From: Podarcis liolepis
Lineage: Eukaryota
NCBI GenBank assembly: GCA_965112155.1
Contig: OZ218099.1
DNA: 64,000 nt
Strand: one strand, 5' to 3'
The translations under genes and the position numbers were made by a program. The notes below the pieces were generated by a model. The model was not told the DNA's origin. It did no database searches and saw nothing but the letters and a program-made list of their open reading frames with translations. How positions within the stretch are numbered: the first letter of the stretch is position 1; each line of letters begins with the position of its first letter. This document shows positions 50,450 to 61,850 of the stretch, in pieces.

Positions 50450-50745
50450 AACATAAGGAATTGCTTTTTACTGAGTCAAAATGGTCCATTTAAGCTGGGG
50501 GAGGGAGAACCTGTGACCCTCCAGATATTATTGGACTCCGGCTTCCATCAGCCCCAGCCTGCTGAATGCTGTATGCTCTGACTGGAAGCATCTTTCTCCA
50601 AGGCTTCAAGCAGGTCTCAGGCTTCTTTAATCCTGCTAACTTGAAATGCAAACACACTCCCTCCCCCATTTTTTAAACCAGGAGGTGCCAGGATTGAACC
50701 TGGGACCTGCTGTATGTGACAAAAACTATCCTCTAGAAATCCATG
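50450..50745 (-). mobile_element. Degraded tRNA-derived SINE (related copy at ~31700-31890)
   Basis: ggaggtgccaggattgaacctgggacc is a B-box region on the minus strand. aacataagg tail. Interrupted by a palindromic MITE fragment. Confidence 0.5.
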
Positions 50746-50756
50746 ACTCTTTAGTA

Positions 50757-50985
50757 CAGGCATGTCCAAAGTCTGTTTCGGGGGCCTAATCTGGCCCGCC
50801 GTTTGATTTAATCCAGTCCCCGTAGCAGTATACGTCCTGGGGTAAAATCCTAACAAAAGCCCAACAACGTCAATCCTAGAAACAGCTCAACAATCTTGGG
50901 GTCAACTTCAGCAACTTTGGTCAGCCCTCACGCATGTTCACTTCATCATATCTGGCCCTCTTTGAAAAAAGTTTGGGCACCCCTG
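50757..50985. mobile_element. hAT-Charlie-type MITE
   Basis: Ends caggcatgtccaaa / tttgggcacccctg. Flanks ctttagta / gtttagga. Internal ggccc motifs. Confidence 0.62.
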
Positions 50986-51488
50986 GTTTAGGATGTTAAT
51001 ATGCCTAAACTGCCTCAAAAAACGAGAGCCCAGTACCTGTGTTCATTCCTCCCATGTTCACTCCTCTCCCAGTTGTTCATTAGTAGCAAAGATATCAAGC
51101 TCTGGGATTGTCAAAACACCAGAGAGAGGAAGAGCTCTGTAATGAGATCATCATTCAGCCCCCATCATGGGTGAGGGCCAGTTTAAGTTTAGGGATGTCC
51201 ACAGTACATATTTATTTATTTATTATTTCCATTTATTAATTGCTTCCTTTCAAATATCTCAAAGCAATCTTGACAACAGTTTTTTAAAAAAATTATGTAA
51301 TTTAAATTAAATAATTAGTAAATTATTTGAAGTTCAATCTAGGCATAATTGCACAGTGATGTACCGTTTAAGCATCATACATAATATGTGGGTGTATAAT
51401 GAACGAAATCTGGAAGTTAATGCCACTTATATAAATCATTTAAACTTTGCTGTGGAATCCTGAAAGGCATGTTTGGAGCATGCCTGCC

Positions 51489-51490
<2 letters not shown>

Positions 51491-51524
<34 letters not shown>
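51491..51524. repeat. (CA)n microsatellite
   Basis: Read directly from the sequence. Confidence 0.95.
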
Positions 51525-51527
<3 letters not shown>

Positions 51528-51795
51528 GCATAACTTCTAGAATACTTAAGATTTGGACACGTGACTTGAACTCCAGTGCTTTGTAAATAATCATACTGAT
51601 GGATTCTCAAAGACTAAGAAAATAAGACTGAATAATGTAAGAAGTGCAATATGTCTACCAACAGGTTTAGCACATGGAATTAAATGTATCAGAGATAGCC
51701 ACATTTAATTTGCCTGTCTTGGTTGTAGTGTATTTTACAGTGTTGTTTTCCATCCCTCATAAAAACAACTTACTTTTTGCAATATGTTTACTTAG

Positions 51796-51963
51796 GCTTG
51801 CTATGGAATCCTGAAAGTTCCCATCGGAAACTGGCTTTGCCGAACCTGTGCCCTTGGAGTCCAGCCAAAGTGTTTACTCTGCCCAAAGAGAGGGGGAGCT
51901 CTGAAACCCACCCGGAGTGGGACAAAATGGGTCCACGTTAGCTGTGCCTTATGGATACCTGAA
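51796..51963 (+). CDS. JADE2: JADE2 exon, end of PHD1 and Zn knuckle ([56 protein letters not shown])
   Basis: Translated by hand because it is absent from the ORF track. Acceptor cttag|GCT, donor GAA|gtaaga, 168 bp, phase 0-0. Confidence 0.97.
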
Positions 51964-52421
51964 GTAAGATACTAAATGACTTTCTAGGTAGTAGGTAGAT
52001 GTTATGTAGATGAGATATATTTGGATTTCACCATGCCAGGTACTGTCCAGAATCATCACCTGTCATTCATGCCAAGGATTATGTTGAGCACACAGGACTT
52101 AAGGATGCCTGAAATTAAAAGCTTATTGTTGAGCACTGTGATCTCTAAACAGTCCATTCATACATTCAGAACCTTCTCCATGCAATGTGCTATAATTATC
52201 CCCAGGGCTATTCACACTACAGTTGTAACATGCATTGCAGGCATTCCATGGATACACCTGCAGTTTCCTGGTAGCAGTTTTCACGGTTTAATTCTGTTTC
52301 ACACATTACATGGTTGATGTGTCGAATTTAGTTTGTATCAGAGCCACCCTTAGAGTTCTGTTCTTATCCTTTGAGAAAATACAGGATGGCCAATAATTGG
52401 TGTGTTCTGTGTTGTGCTCAG

Positions 52422-52538
52422 GTTAGCATTGGATGCCCTGAAAAAATGGAACCCATTACGAAGATATCACATATCCCAGCAAGCAGATGGGCTTTGTCAT
52501 GCAGTCTTTGCAAGGAGTGCACGGGAACATGTATTCAG
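52422..52538 (+). CDS. JADE2: JADE2 exon, PZP/PHD2 ([39 protein letters not shown])
   Basis: Acceptor gctcag|GTT, donor CAG|gtaagc, 117 bp, phase 0-0. The peptide matches JADE2 as I recall it. Confidence 0.97.
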
Positions 52539-52692
52539 GTAAGCAGTTATGTATAGTCAAACTGTGCACCACCCATATCAGAAAGATAAAGAAATTGTTT
52601 TAATGAAATGCATGTTGAGAGTCACTGGCAAATAATATACACAAGCAACCAAAAGGCACAACCTGTTAAGCCTTGCTGGGTGTTTATAACCT

Positions 52693-53395
52693 TTGATTGA
52701 TTGATTGATTGATTTCATTTCTATACCACCTTTTTCTTCCAAGGAGCTCAAGATGGTGTACATGGGTGTCCCCCCTGTCAGAATGCTGGGTGGTGGTTGC
52801 TCGTGAGTAACCAGGCAGGACTCTGACCTGTCTTTTACAGGTTTTATTGTGCAAACTATTTACAGTGCAGATATACAAGGTTCATGTCAGTCTTAGTCAC
52901 TTGCAGAATCCGGGAGTTGCCCCTTCCGGCTTCTCTCCCAACATAAGAACTTAGACACCCCAAATCTCCGCCTCCCCTCCTTGTGTTTCACCCCTCTGCG
53001 CAAGCTTGGCGACGGAGGTGGCGTGTGTGCCTCCTGGCCAGCCGGGCTAGGTGAGGTGCTTGGGCTCTCAGCAGCATCTTTGAGCCCTCTCCTCGCTTGG
53101 CTGGCCCCTTCCCTCTCTTCTCCACTGAAGGCGTGGCTTTTCCCCTTGCTAGAAGAGGAACTGCTCCTTAGAAGCGTTGGAGGCTCCCTGTATTCCAATG
53201 GTGTCTCTGCCTCTCTCCCCTGTTCCAGTGGCAGTCACCTGACACCCCCCAAAAATTTACATCCTCACAACAGCCCTGTGAGGTAGGTTAGGCTAAGAGA
53301 TGGTGACTGGCCCAAGGTTACCCAGTGCCCTTCTTGACTGAGTGGGCGAACCCTGGTCTCCCAGGTCATAGTCCAACCTGCTAACCATTATGTTA
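52693..53395 (-). mobile_element. tRNA-derived squamate SINE (Squam3-like) split by the solo LTR
   Basis: Tail half at 52693-52775 ((ttga)n...aaggagctcaagatggtgtacatgg). Head half at 53245-53395 (atcctcacaacagccctgtgaggtaggttaggc...gaaccctggtctccc). Confidence 0.72.
52776..53244 (-). mobile_element. Solo LTR, 469 bp (possibly Gypsy type)
   Basis: TGTCAG...CTGACA termini with C-run TSD on both sides. AATAAA on the minus strand at 52843-52848. It interrupts a SINE. Confidence 0.78.
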
Positions 53396-55770
53396 CTTTA
53401 CATTGACCCCACTGGCTTTTATCTCATGTGCAGCTTTTAGTTGGAAGGGAAAGGAGATGGACTCCCCCTCCTCTCCTCTCCCAGTGTCTCCATGGAGTCA
53501 AGGGGGTTTGTGTGTAAATTATTTCCCTTCCTGTCAGGTTTTGCAGGAGGTAGCAGCAGAATGTTGATCTTTTTTATCTTTAGTTCCCAGGTAACAAGAT
53601 ATGCCACTGAATACAGTGGAGTGTTCTTTTCCACTTCTTTTATCACAGTATTTTATCTTATCCAAGCTCACTTTGATCTCTAGGAAGATTACCGAAGTGT
53701 TGATCTCTGGGTCCAAAGGGAGGATCTGTCAAAGATTGTTTGTATGTTGAGGCTGCAACTGTCGTGAGACAGCTATCTGGTGGAAGGAAAGTCATGTGCT
53801 ATATGAACAGAAAGTGTGAAGCCACCACCATAACGTTTGGGGCATTGTGAGGGAGAAATTTTAAAGCAATCCCTTTTAGCCTGAAGTGAAAGCTCTCACA
53901 CACGTTTCATTAAATCTTTCCAACATTTGATTCAATTCCATTTGCGATGGCTCTGGGTGGATCTGCTTATTCACCCTGCCAGATGGAGATATTCTGTCAT
54001 AATGGCAACTGCTTTTGAAGAACGGAAGGGCAGGGAAACGAGACGGCTACACTTGGCAGCGTTGGGTGGGGGGGGGGGGAGAGAAAAGGAAGAATTCAGT
54101 TTTCTCTGAGACTTCATCCTCTTAGCTCTGGCTCGCGTGTTAGTTTTGAAATGCTCTGAGCTGAGTGGATTTGCATGAAAGGTCACCTGAAATGGAAAAC
54201 AGGGTTTTATTGTCTCCTTTGCTGACATCCCACATTTCATAAGTCTTCATAAGACTGACAGTTGAGCTTTTGTTGGCACTGGCCTCGTAAGAGGGAGAAC
54301 ATTTTCACCAAAAGAAGGAATGAAAGAAATATGTAGATGATTCATTTGTTTAAACGTTTAAGCAATGACTAAGCATCAAACTGAAACATGGGGGGGGGGG
54401 GGAATTAGAATTCAGATCTGCCCCCACTCTCATCACATTAGGATTGCAAATCTCATTATTTGTGTTGATGTAGCATCTCCATCTGGGTTTGCTTATGCAG
54501 GTGAAATTTAGCATAGAAGACTCCACAATAGCTTTATAAAATAGCTTTTGGCCAAAGGCGGGGGGTAACTTTCCTGAAACCTTCCAGGCAAAGGGATCAA
54601 AATTCATGCAGCTCAGTGAAAGTGACAATAGCCAGGGACTTAGTGGAGAAAAGTAATGGAGTAGGTAATGGAGTAATGGGGTTGCTAGGAATTGTGTTAC
54701 TTGTTTTTATAATCGTATACAAATCCTTCCTCCTTTACTTGTATGATTATATTACTATGACCCACCCTGGAACCTTATGGTGAAGGTCAGATAAGAACTA
54801 TTATAAATACATTTGTTGTTGTTAAATTTATTACCCACTCTTCGCCAACAGGTCTTGGGGCGGGTTTCAACAATCTAAAATTAAGAATTAAAAACAGTTT
54901 AAACGGTTTTCAGCCATAGGAGTACCTTGGGCTCACAGGCAGAGCTGTGTCTTGAGCATTCTCTGAATACTCTATAATGAAGAAGCCACATGCACCTCTG
55001 TAAGAGGGGCAGACACAGAGAATGCCCTCTCCTGGGAGGTGGCGCTACCAAGAGGGCCGCCTCTGCTGATTTTAACATCTGGGAAGTGCTGTAGGGAAGG
55101 AGGTGGTCTGGGAGATAGTACCTTTAGGCAAGGCAACATCAGTGCAACTACACTGGTTTAGAGGTTCAACGGTGATACAGAGGATCATTCACAATAACCA
55201 CGTTGGCGGGTAAACATATGACTTTGGTTTTCAAAGGGGCAGGGATATGCAAGAGTACAGTACTAAACAATTCCCTTTTTGAAGACTAAGTCTACAACCC
55301 TATATACACATGAGTGTAAATCCCACTGAACTCATTAGGGGTTTTTGAGTAGGATTGCACTATAAGACATCTCCCTCCATGGTTTTTTTCTGGGGGGGAA
55401 TACATTTTTACTGCTTGCTAGAAATATTTGTGGTTGTGGTTATGATAACACTGATTGACTTGCACAGAATGCCCTCTCAATGCCCAACCAGGAAGAGGTA
55501 TTTGCCATGGAGATGGGAGTTATGGTCCAGCGCTACCTGGAGAACAGCATGTCACTGCCCTTAAACAATGAGATAGCAGTATTCCAGATAATCAACCAAG
55601 TTCTTTTTTGATAGCATCTAAGAATTGCCCTCTTTTACTCTGAGAGTAATCTCTCCTATTCTTAAAACTCATAATCTGTGGCCACTTAACATTCCAGTAC
55701 TCCTGTGAATAAGGGAAACCAAACAACCCCAGTAAGTCAGGGATTCATTATCCTAAACATTCATGGGTAA

Positions 55771-56044
55771 ACACTGAGATCCAGTGCCAAGGGCCTTCTG
55801 GCGGTTCCCTCACTGCGAGAAGTGAGGTTACAGGGAACCAGGCAAAGGGCCTTCTCGGTAGTGGCGCCCTTCCTGTGGAACACCCTCCTATCAGATGCCA
55901 AGGAAATAAACAACTATCTGACTTTTAGAAGACATCTGAAGGCAGCCCTGTTTAGGAAGTTTTTAATGTTTGATGTTTTATTGTATTTCTAATATTCTGT
56001 TGGAAGCTGCCCAGAGTGGCTGAGGAGGCCCAGCCAGATGGGTG
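55771..56044 (+). mobile_element. LINE 3' end (same family as 18026)
   Basis: Shares aaggaaataaacaactatctgacttttagaagacatctgaag and flanking sequence with the 18026 copy. Confidence 0.72.
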
Positions 56045-59000
56045 TAGGCTTAATATGAGCATTAACACAATTCCCAACTCCTTCTACCTTTCAGTATATT
56101 CTTCCCCCCACTCTGCTGTAGGGTTTTATTCTGCTAGCTGGGCTGGAGGAGGGGAATAATGCATCAATAACGTCTTCATTATCACTTTAATGCAAGGTTC
56201 TTTGGTAGCTACTGCTGAACAGGTACTTTTCGTTGTTGACCTGTCAGCTCAGCTTGCTAATTATTTCCTATTTGCATTTCGGGCAGAGTCCCTGACAACT
56301 GCTACTTGCCATCTGTCAGAGGAAACCCAGGATGGGTGGCATTCTGTTTGTTTTATCTCTAAGGTAGCGCGGATAATCTTTCCTTCATAAAAGGACACTG
56401 TGTAGGCTGTTGTTCTAGCAAAAGTCATAAACAATTTAATAATGATATTAATACTGTTTGTGACGCAAATAGGGAGGGGAGGGGAGAAACCGAGATGCAT
56501 TTATTTCAGTAGCTTTGCTAAGCCGGAGAGGCCCTTGCCCATCTTTCATCTCAGCACTGCAGCTAGTTGTGTGCACAACAGCACAAAGGATCTTTCCAAT
56601 CACTCATTTTAAAGTACCCCCAGATGTTACTCCAATATAAACACAATTGGCTCCATCAGTAGCTATCTAGCTATGTATGCAGTAAAATTACAGCTTTGGC
56701 TACCGGACAAGAAAACTCAATCAAAGCTGTTTACTGCTGGCAAAAGCCTGTAACCTCAAAATGCAATAACACTTAGGAAAGTGACTCCGCTGCATCTTTT
56801 CAACATAGTCTCCCATCCCCAGCCCAGGTATTTATATCAGGCAGGCCTATGATAAAAACCGCATGATAGCAGAACAGCATTGCTTTACAAATCTGGGCAC
56901 GGATACTGTGCATCCAGCAAAATGAATGAGAACTCAATACCCCGATCCTTAGGTCATGTCTGTGTCAGTGCATCCCACCACATCTCATCCCTGTATGGAA
57001 TGCAGTTGAAAATATTTGGTTAGATCTGCTGTTTAGGGACTATCGGATCACCACCCAGGACAGATTTCTGTTAGTAGCTCCACAAGTGGCAGAGTGTCCC
57101 ATAGCACTGTTATGGCTCTTTTGCCCTCCTTAAGATGCTGAAAATATGAGGACCAAACCTGACATGTCAGTATCAGACCTCTTTGTTTAACCCTATGTCT
57201 TCCCCAGTCACAGGGATAAGGGTCTGCCTTTTTAGAGGAAAGGGAGATGCTTAGGTGAGGGGGAAGTGAACTCTCTTTGCCCCAACCTCTTATATTCCCT
57301 TAGCATCGTCTCACCAGATGTTTTTCCTGGAGCTCAGCAGAGGAGAAAAGCACCTTAAGGGACCAGTGGGGCAGAGATAAAGCTGCACAGAGTGTGCATT
57401 TAAAACTGAACATAAAATTGTTTTTCCTCTTCCCTGAAATGCCCTCACACTCAATTGAGTACGTGTAGTATCCCGAAACGCTTCTCAACATCCTTCAGGA
57501 AGTGTCCCCTTGCGTTAATGCGATCATTCAAGCTGAAGCAGCCATGGTTCTTAACAAATATATCTGAACTATGTAAACTGCTCAGTGTGGTGTCTTCAGC
57601 AATAAGGTCTTCAGAACAGCTCCTTATTGCTGTTTAACTGGCCATTAGCAGCTGGAATAGACTGATTTCTTATGGGTTATGGCTTAAATAATTACCTGAC
57701 ACTCGGAGCTATTAAAAAACAGTTAATGAATAGTGGGTGGATCCATGAAGAGACAGCAGAGTTACATACAGCTAGCTGGGGAATATGTTATATTGGGTAG
57801 GAAATGGCACTTCAGATGTTGCTGCCTGGGGGAGGAGGGGGACAGAACAAATTAGATAGGGAGGGCTTTAATAAAATTGTTTGATTTTTTTTTCTTTAAA
57901 AGAACTGTTGACAGCTATTTAGCGACTGCAATGAGCGTTAATCAGTTAATTTTTATGTTACTAGCTTGCCAAAAGCTTGAGGCTCACTTTTTTCTCTCTT
58001 TCTTTTTAATATATAATTAGAGGACATATATCAAAGGGGAAGATACTGTTAAAGGTCCAGTCTTTCCAGGGGCATTGCAAGCCCCCAAGAGTGTAGATTT
58101 ATTCATGAACTTGTGACCCAGTCCGCGACCCAAAAATCACATTAGCTAAGGTAGTTCAAAAAGAACAGAACAATGAGGTAGAAATTCTGGTCTCACCACC
58201 ACCCTCATAAACACACAATAATATCATATGAGTGTTTCAGAAGGGCAAATGTATGCTTCTGCGCCATTAGTACTTTCGTTGCTCTGTTTTATAGGCAAAG
58301 GCAAAATCTCAACCAGAATTATTTGGGGAGTGGGGGAGAGTCTCTAAAGTCCATTTTCTTTCTACTGTTACTGCATTTTAGTACAAAACAAAAACCAACC
58401 CACTCATTTATCAGAACTTCTCCATACCTTGCTCCTTTTATATTAGGGTTGCACAGCCTGTGACTCTCATCATCACTCACCATTAGCCTTTCTGACTGGG
58501 GTGGATGTTTGTTGTGGCCTCAGAACATATTATGGAGGGTCACAGGCTCCTCTCCCCTGTTTTGGCACATGCACTCAGCTCTACTCAAAGGGTTAAACAT
58601 ATTACTTAGTTTAACAGATTACTGTCTATGTCAGCAATGTTTGTGTCATATATAAATACCCTCACCTTGGGTATTTACCTCCAGGAACCCTCCTTGGAGG
58701 AAAGCTGGTGTAGAAATGTAATAAAGTATCCTCATTTTTTTTGGCAGTGGCAAAAAAAAAAGTCTTATTCACCATTCAGACATTACAAGTAAAATGTTTT
58801 TTTCTGACACTGTTTTACTGAATTCCGTTTTCCTTGCCCTTCCCTGTGGCACAGTGAAAAAAGGATTCTGCAGTGTTGGAAACTGGTACATGTGGGATAG
58901 GTTTAAATGGGTAGGAGAGGATATATTGATTGCAGTTTATCCCACCAGGCCCCCATGCGTGTGGGTTAACAGAGTTTGAAAATCCCATCTTTGGCACCTC

Positions 59001-59436
59001 AATTAAAAGAATAGGAATTAGTCTGCAGGGCCTCCCTTTGGAGAAAGTTCAACTATAAAGTAAGCTGGCTTCCCCCTTCTTACCCCACTTAACGAAGAAC
59101 CAGGCAACAACTTGTAATGTAAGTTTAAAAATAAGATTTACCTACTTTATAATCATGCTTTGCTTCACAGCAACAGTAGCAGCAAAAGCCCCATACCTAG
59201 AGCTGCAGCAAGCAGGGCCATGACTACATCCAGCACTAATCCTCCAGGAGAGGAGGGGAAATGATGTAACCCACAGCTCTCTCTACCAGTTGTATTTCTG
59301 TGGTCTGAGTAGACACTCAGCAATTGCCTGTCAGCAGTACCGCTCTATGGTATTAGCCCCTTCTCCTGCTAACTAGCAAGGAATATGCATTAATTACGTT
59401 TGGCTGCTAATTTCCCACAGTTCCATAATTCATGTT

Positions 59437-59540
59437 TGTTGTTGTTGTTGTTTAGTCGTTTAGTCGTGTCCGACTCTTCGTGACCCCATGGACCAGGCAC
59501 TCCTGTCTTCCACTGCCTCCCGCAGTTTGGTCAAACTCAT
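59437..59540 (-). mobile_element. RTE-BovB LINE 3' end fragment
   Basis: The minus strand ends ggggtcacgaagagtcggacacgactaaacgactaaa(caa)n. 12-bp TSD ataattcatgtt / atagttcatgtt. Confidence 0.85.
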
Positions 59541-59637
59541 ATAGTTCATGTTACCCCATGCTAATTAGTATTATATCATAGCTAGCTGACCTTTTGACCA
59601 GCACACTGGCTTCAAGTATCAATAACTTTCAAAATGT

Positions 59638-59712
59638 GTGCATGCACACGAAAGCTCATACCAAGAACTAACTTAGTTGGTCTTTAAGGTGCTACTGGAA
59701 GGAATTTTTTTA
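59638..59712 (+). mobile_element. Second, 5'-truncated copy of the same Penelope-like end
   Basis: Near-identical to the reverse complement of ~36581-36657. Flanked by the 11-bp direct repeat tttcaaaatgt (59627-59637 and 59713-59723). Lacks CTGAAGA. Confidence 0.8.
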
Positions 59713-59929
59713 TTTCAAAATGTAGTAAGCAGGGCAAAGGCATGGCCCTTGTGTGCTCTGAATAATTGGTCACCAGGGGAAAATATGGAGAGGAGAAATA
59801 AAAACCCTGCATCGTTCTTTTCTGATTTGCAACTTCTCAGGATGTTAATGTTTGTGACATCCTACAGAAATTTCATTAGCCACCTTGGAATCCTTTTGGA
59901 TGAAAGGCAGTGTAAAAATAAACAAGCCA

Positions 59930-59950
59930 GTAGGTAGGTAGGTAGGTAGG

Positions 59951-59987
<37 letters not shown>
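59930..59987. repeat. Compound (TAGG)n(CAGA)n microsatellite
   Basis: Read directly from the sequence. Confidence 0.95.
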
Positions 59988-60678
59988 CTGTACTTTCTCT
60001 GGGATGCAGCTTGTTAATGTGAAATCAGTGCACTCTTCCTGCCCTTCCCCCCCAGAAGAGAGGCCACCTGGACAAGTTTTAAGAAGAGCAAAGAAAACAG
60101 CAGATCTCATCTTCACCCCATTCCACATAGCACCTCTTCCTGGATGGGCTTTCATTCTATTTTTGCTAGAACAAGGCTTCTGAGTGTAATCAGTGGAAAT
60201 ATAATAACAAATTGGGAAAACTTGGCCTGGCCATGCAAAATACCTGACCATCACACTGAGCCAATTTGGTGGGGCACAGGATCAGCTGTGCTGTATAATT
60301 AAATATCTCCTCAGCAAAATCAAGTAGACAGATCCCATGAGGAATGTTTACATGAAGGAAAAACAGCAAGAACATAAACGTAATGTGTAAGCAGGCTGTA
60401 GTTTACTGGATAGAAATGCACTGTGGAAGATGAATAGTGAGAGAGGGCATTATGGAGGGGTATTTTTCCATCTCAAGAAAAGTGAGGGGTCTGAACAGAG
60501 AGTAATGGGGATGTGGCACTTTCCACCATCACCCTCCGTTAATTTTACTGCTAGCTTTAATTACGGCAGGAAATATTTTGCTGTTGGTACTCTTGTAAAA
60601 GTGATCCTAGTTAACCATGAAATGGTTTTACAAGAATACTCAGGTCTTCGCTCTGCTTTCTCCCCCTACCTGTTGCAG

Positions 60679-61140
60679 TGTTCCATGCCTTCCTGCATCA
60701 CAGCCTTCCACGTAACATGCGCCTTTGAACGCAATCTGGACATGCGGACGCTTTTAGCAGAGAACGATGAGGTGAAGTTCAAGTCCTTCTGTCTTGAGCA
60801 CAGCAGCGGTGCCACTAAGCCACCAGACGAAGCACGGACGGATGCAGATCAAGGCAAGCTGGATATGGAAAAAGTAACGCTGAGGAAACAGAAGCTCCAA
60901 CAGTTGGAGGAAGACTTCTATGATCTTGTGAAGCCCTCTGAAGTGGCTGAGAACCTTGACTTGACTGAGGGGCTAGTGGATTTTGTCTATCAGTACTGGA
61001 AGTTAAAGAGGAAAGCCAATTACAACAAGCCTCTAATGATGCCCAAAACAGATGAGGTGGACAACTTGGCTCAGCAAGAGCAAGATGTGCTGTACCGACG
61101 CTTGAAGCTCTTCACACACCTCAGGCAAGATCTTGAAAGG
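60679..61140 (+). CDS. JADE2: JADE2 exon, end of PHD2 to EPC-like domain II ([16 protein letters not shown]...YWKLKRKAN...[11 protein letters not shown])
   Basis: Acceptor tgttgcag|TGT, donor AGG|gtgagt, 462 bp. Contains the conserved JADE/BRPF motifs YWKLKRK and LRQDLER. Confidence 0.97.
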
Positions 61141-61801
61141 GTGAGTAGAATTACAGGCTTTGTGAAATGTTCTGCTGTTCTCCCGTTTCTAGTAATTCTT
61201 TAACTCCAGTGGCCTGATTATCCTAACAATCACTTAAACTTCACAGCGCCCAGGCATAGCTTCTGTTCTGATCGCTATCTGTATATTCATTTTCGTTACG
61301 ATTTTTACTCAAGGAGTTCCATATTTTTCATTTGCCTGTCTAGATCATCCTTTTGTAAAGATAACGAGAAAGGCCCCAGCCTTCCTCTTTACCTTGGAGC
61401 TAGCGAGAAGGCAGAATTTGTCCCCACAGCTGAGTGAGCTTCCGAGGGTTCAGTACAACAGTGGAGAAATTCCCCACCCCCTTTCCAACTCAAGAGAGGA
61501 AGGTTTGGCTGGCACATGGATCCTCTTGGCCACATGGGACCAAAATGAGCACCAAACTTTTCCTCCTGTTCCTTGGGTAGCTTATGTGACAGAGTGAAGG
61601 ACTCAAAGCACTTTTGTCAGCCAGAACCAAAACAAGTCCCTGCTCCTCTTCCCCAGGTGACAAATGAGGGCTGCAGTCCTGTGTATATTTACCAGGGTTA
61701 GGCACAATCAAACTTTACTTCCATGTAAACCAAAAGTTGTGGGTCCATGCTTACTCCAAGCAAGCACAAAAATCAAATGGAAAAATGGGGGTAGGAATTG
61801 C

Positions 61802-61846
<45 letters not shown>
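61802..61846. repeat. Compound (GT)n(GA)n microsatellite
   Basis: Read directly from the sequence. Confidence 0.95.

Positions 61847-61850
<4 letters not shown>

Noticed and set aside
51454-51466. 13-bp match (ggaatcctgaaag) to the exon at 51805
   Set aside because: It is too short and has no flanking similarity, so it is not a duplicated exon.
60430-60678. N-terminal extension of the 257-aa ORF
   Set aside because: It is intronic open frame upstream of the acceptor at 60677-60678. JADE homology starts at CSMPSC.
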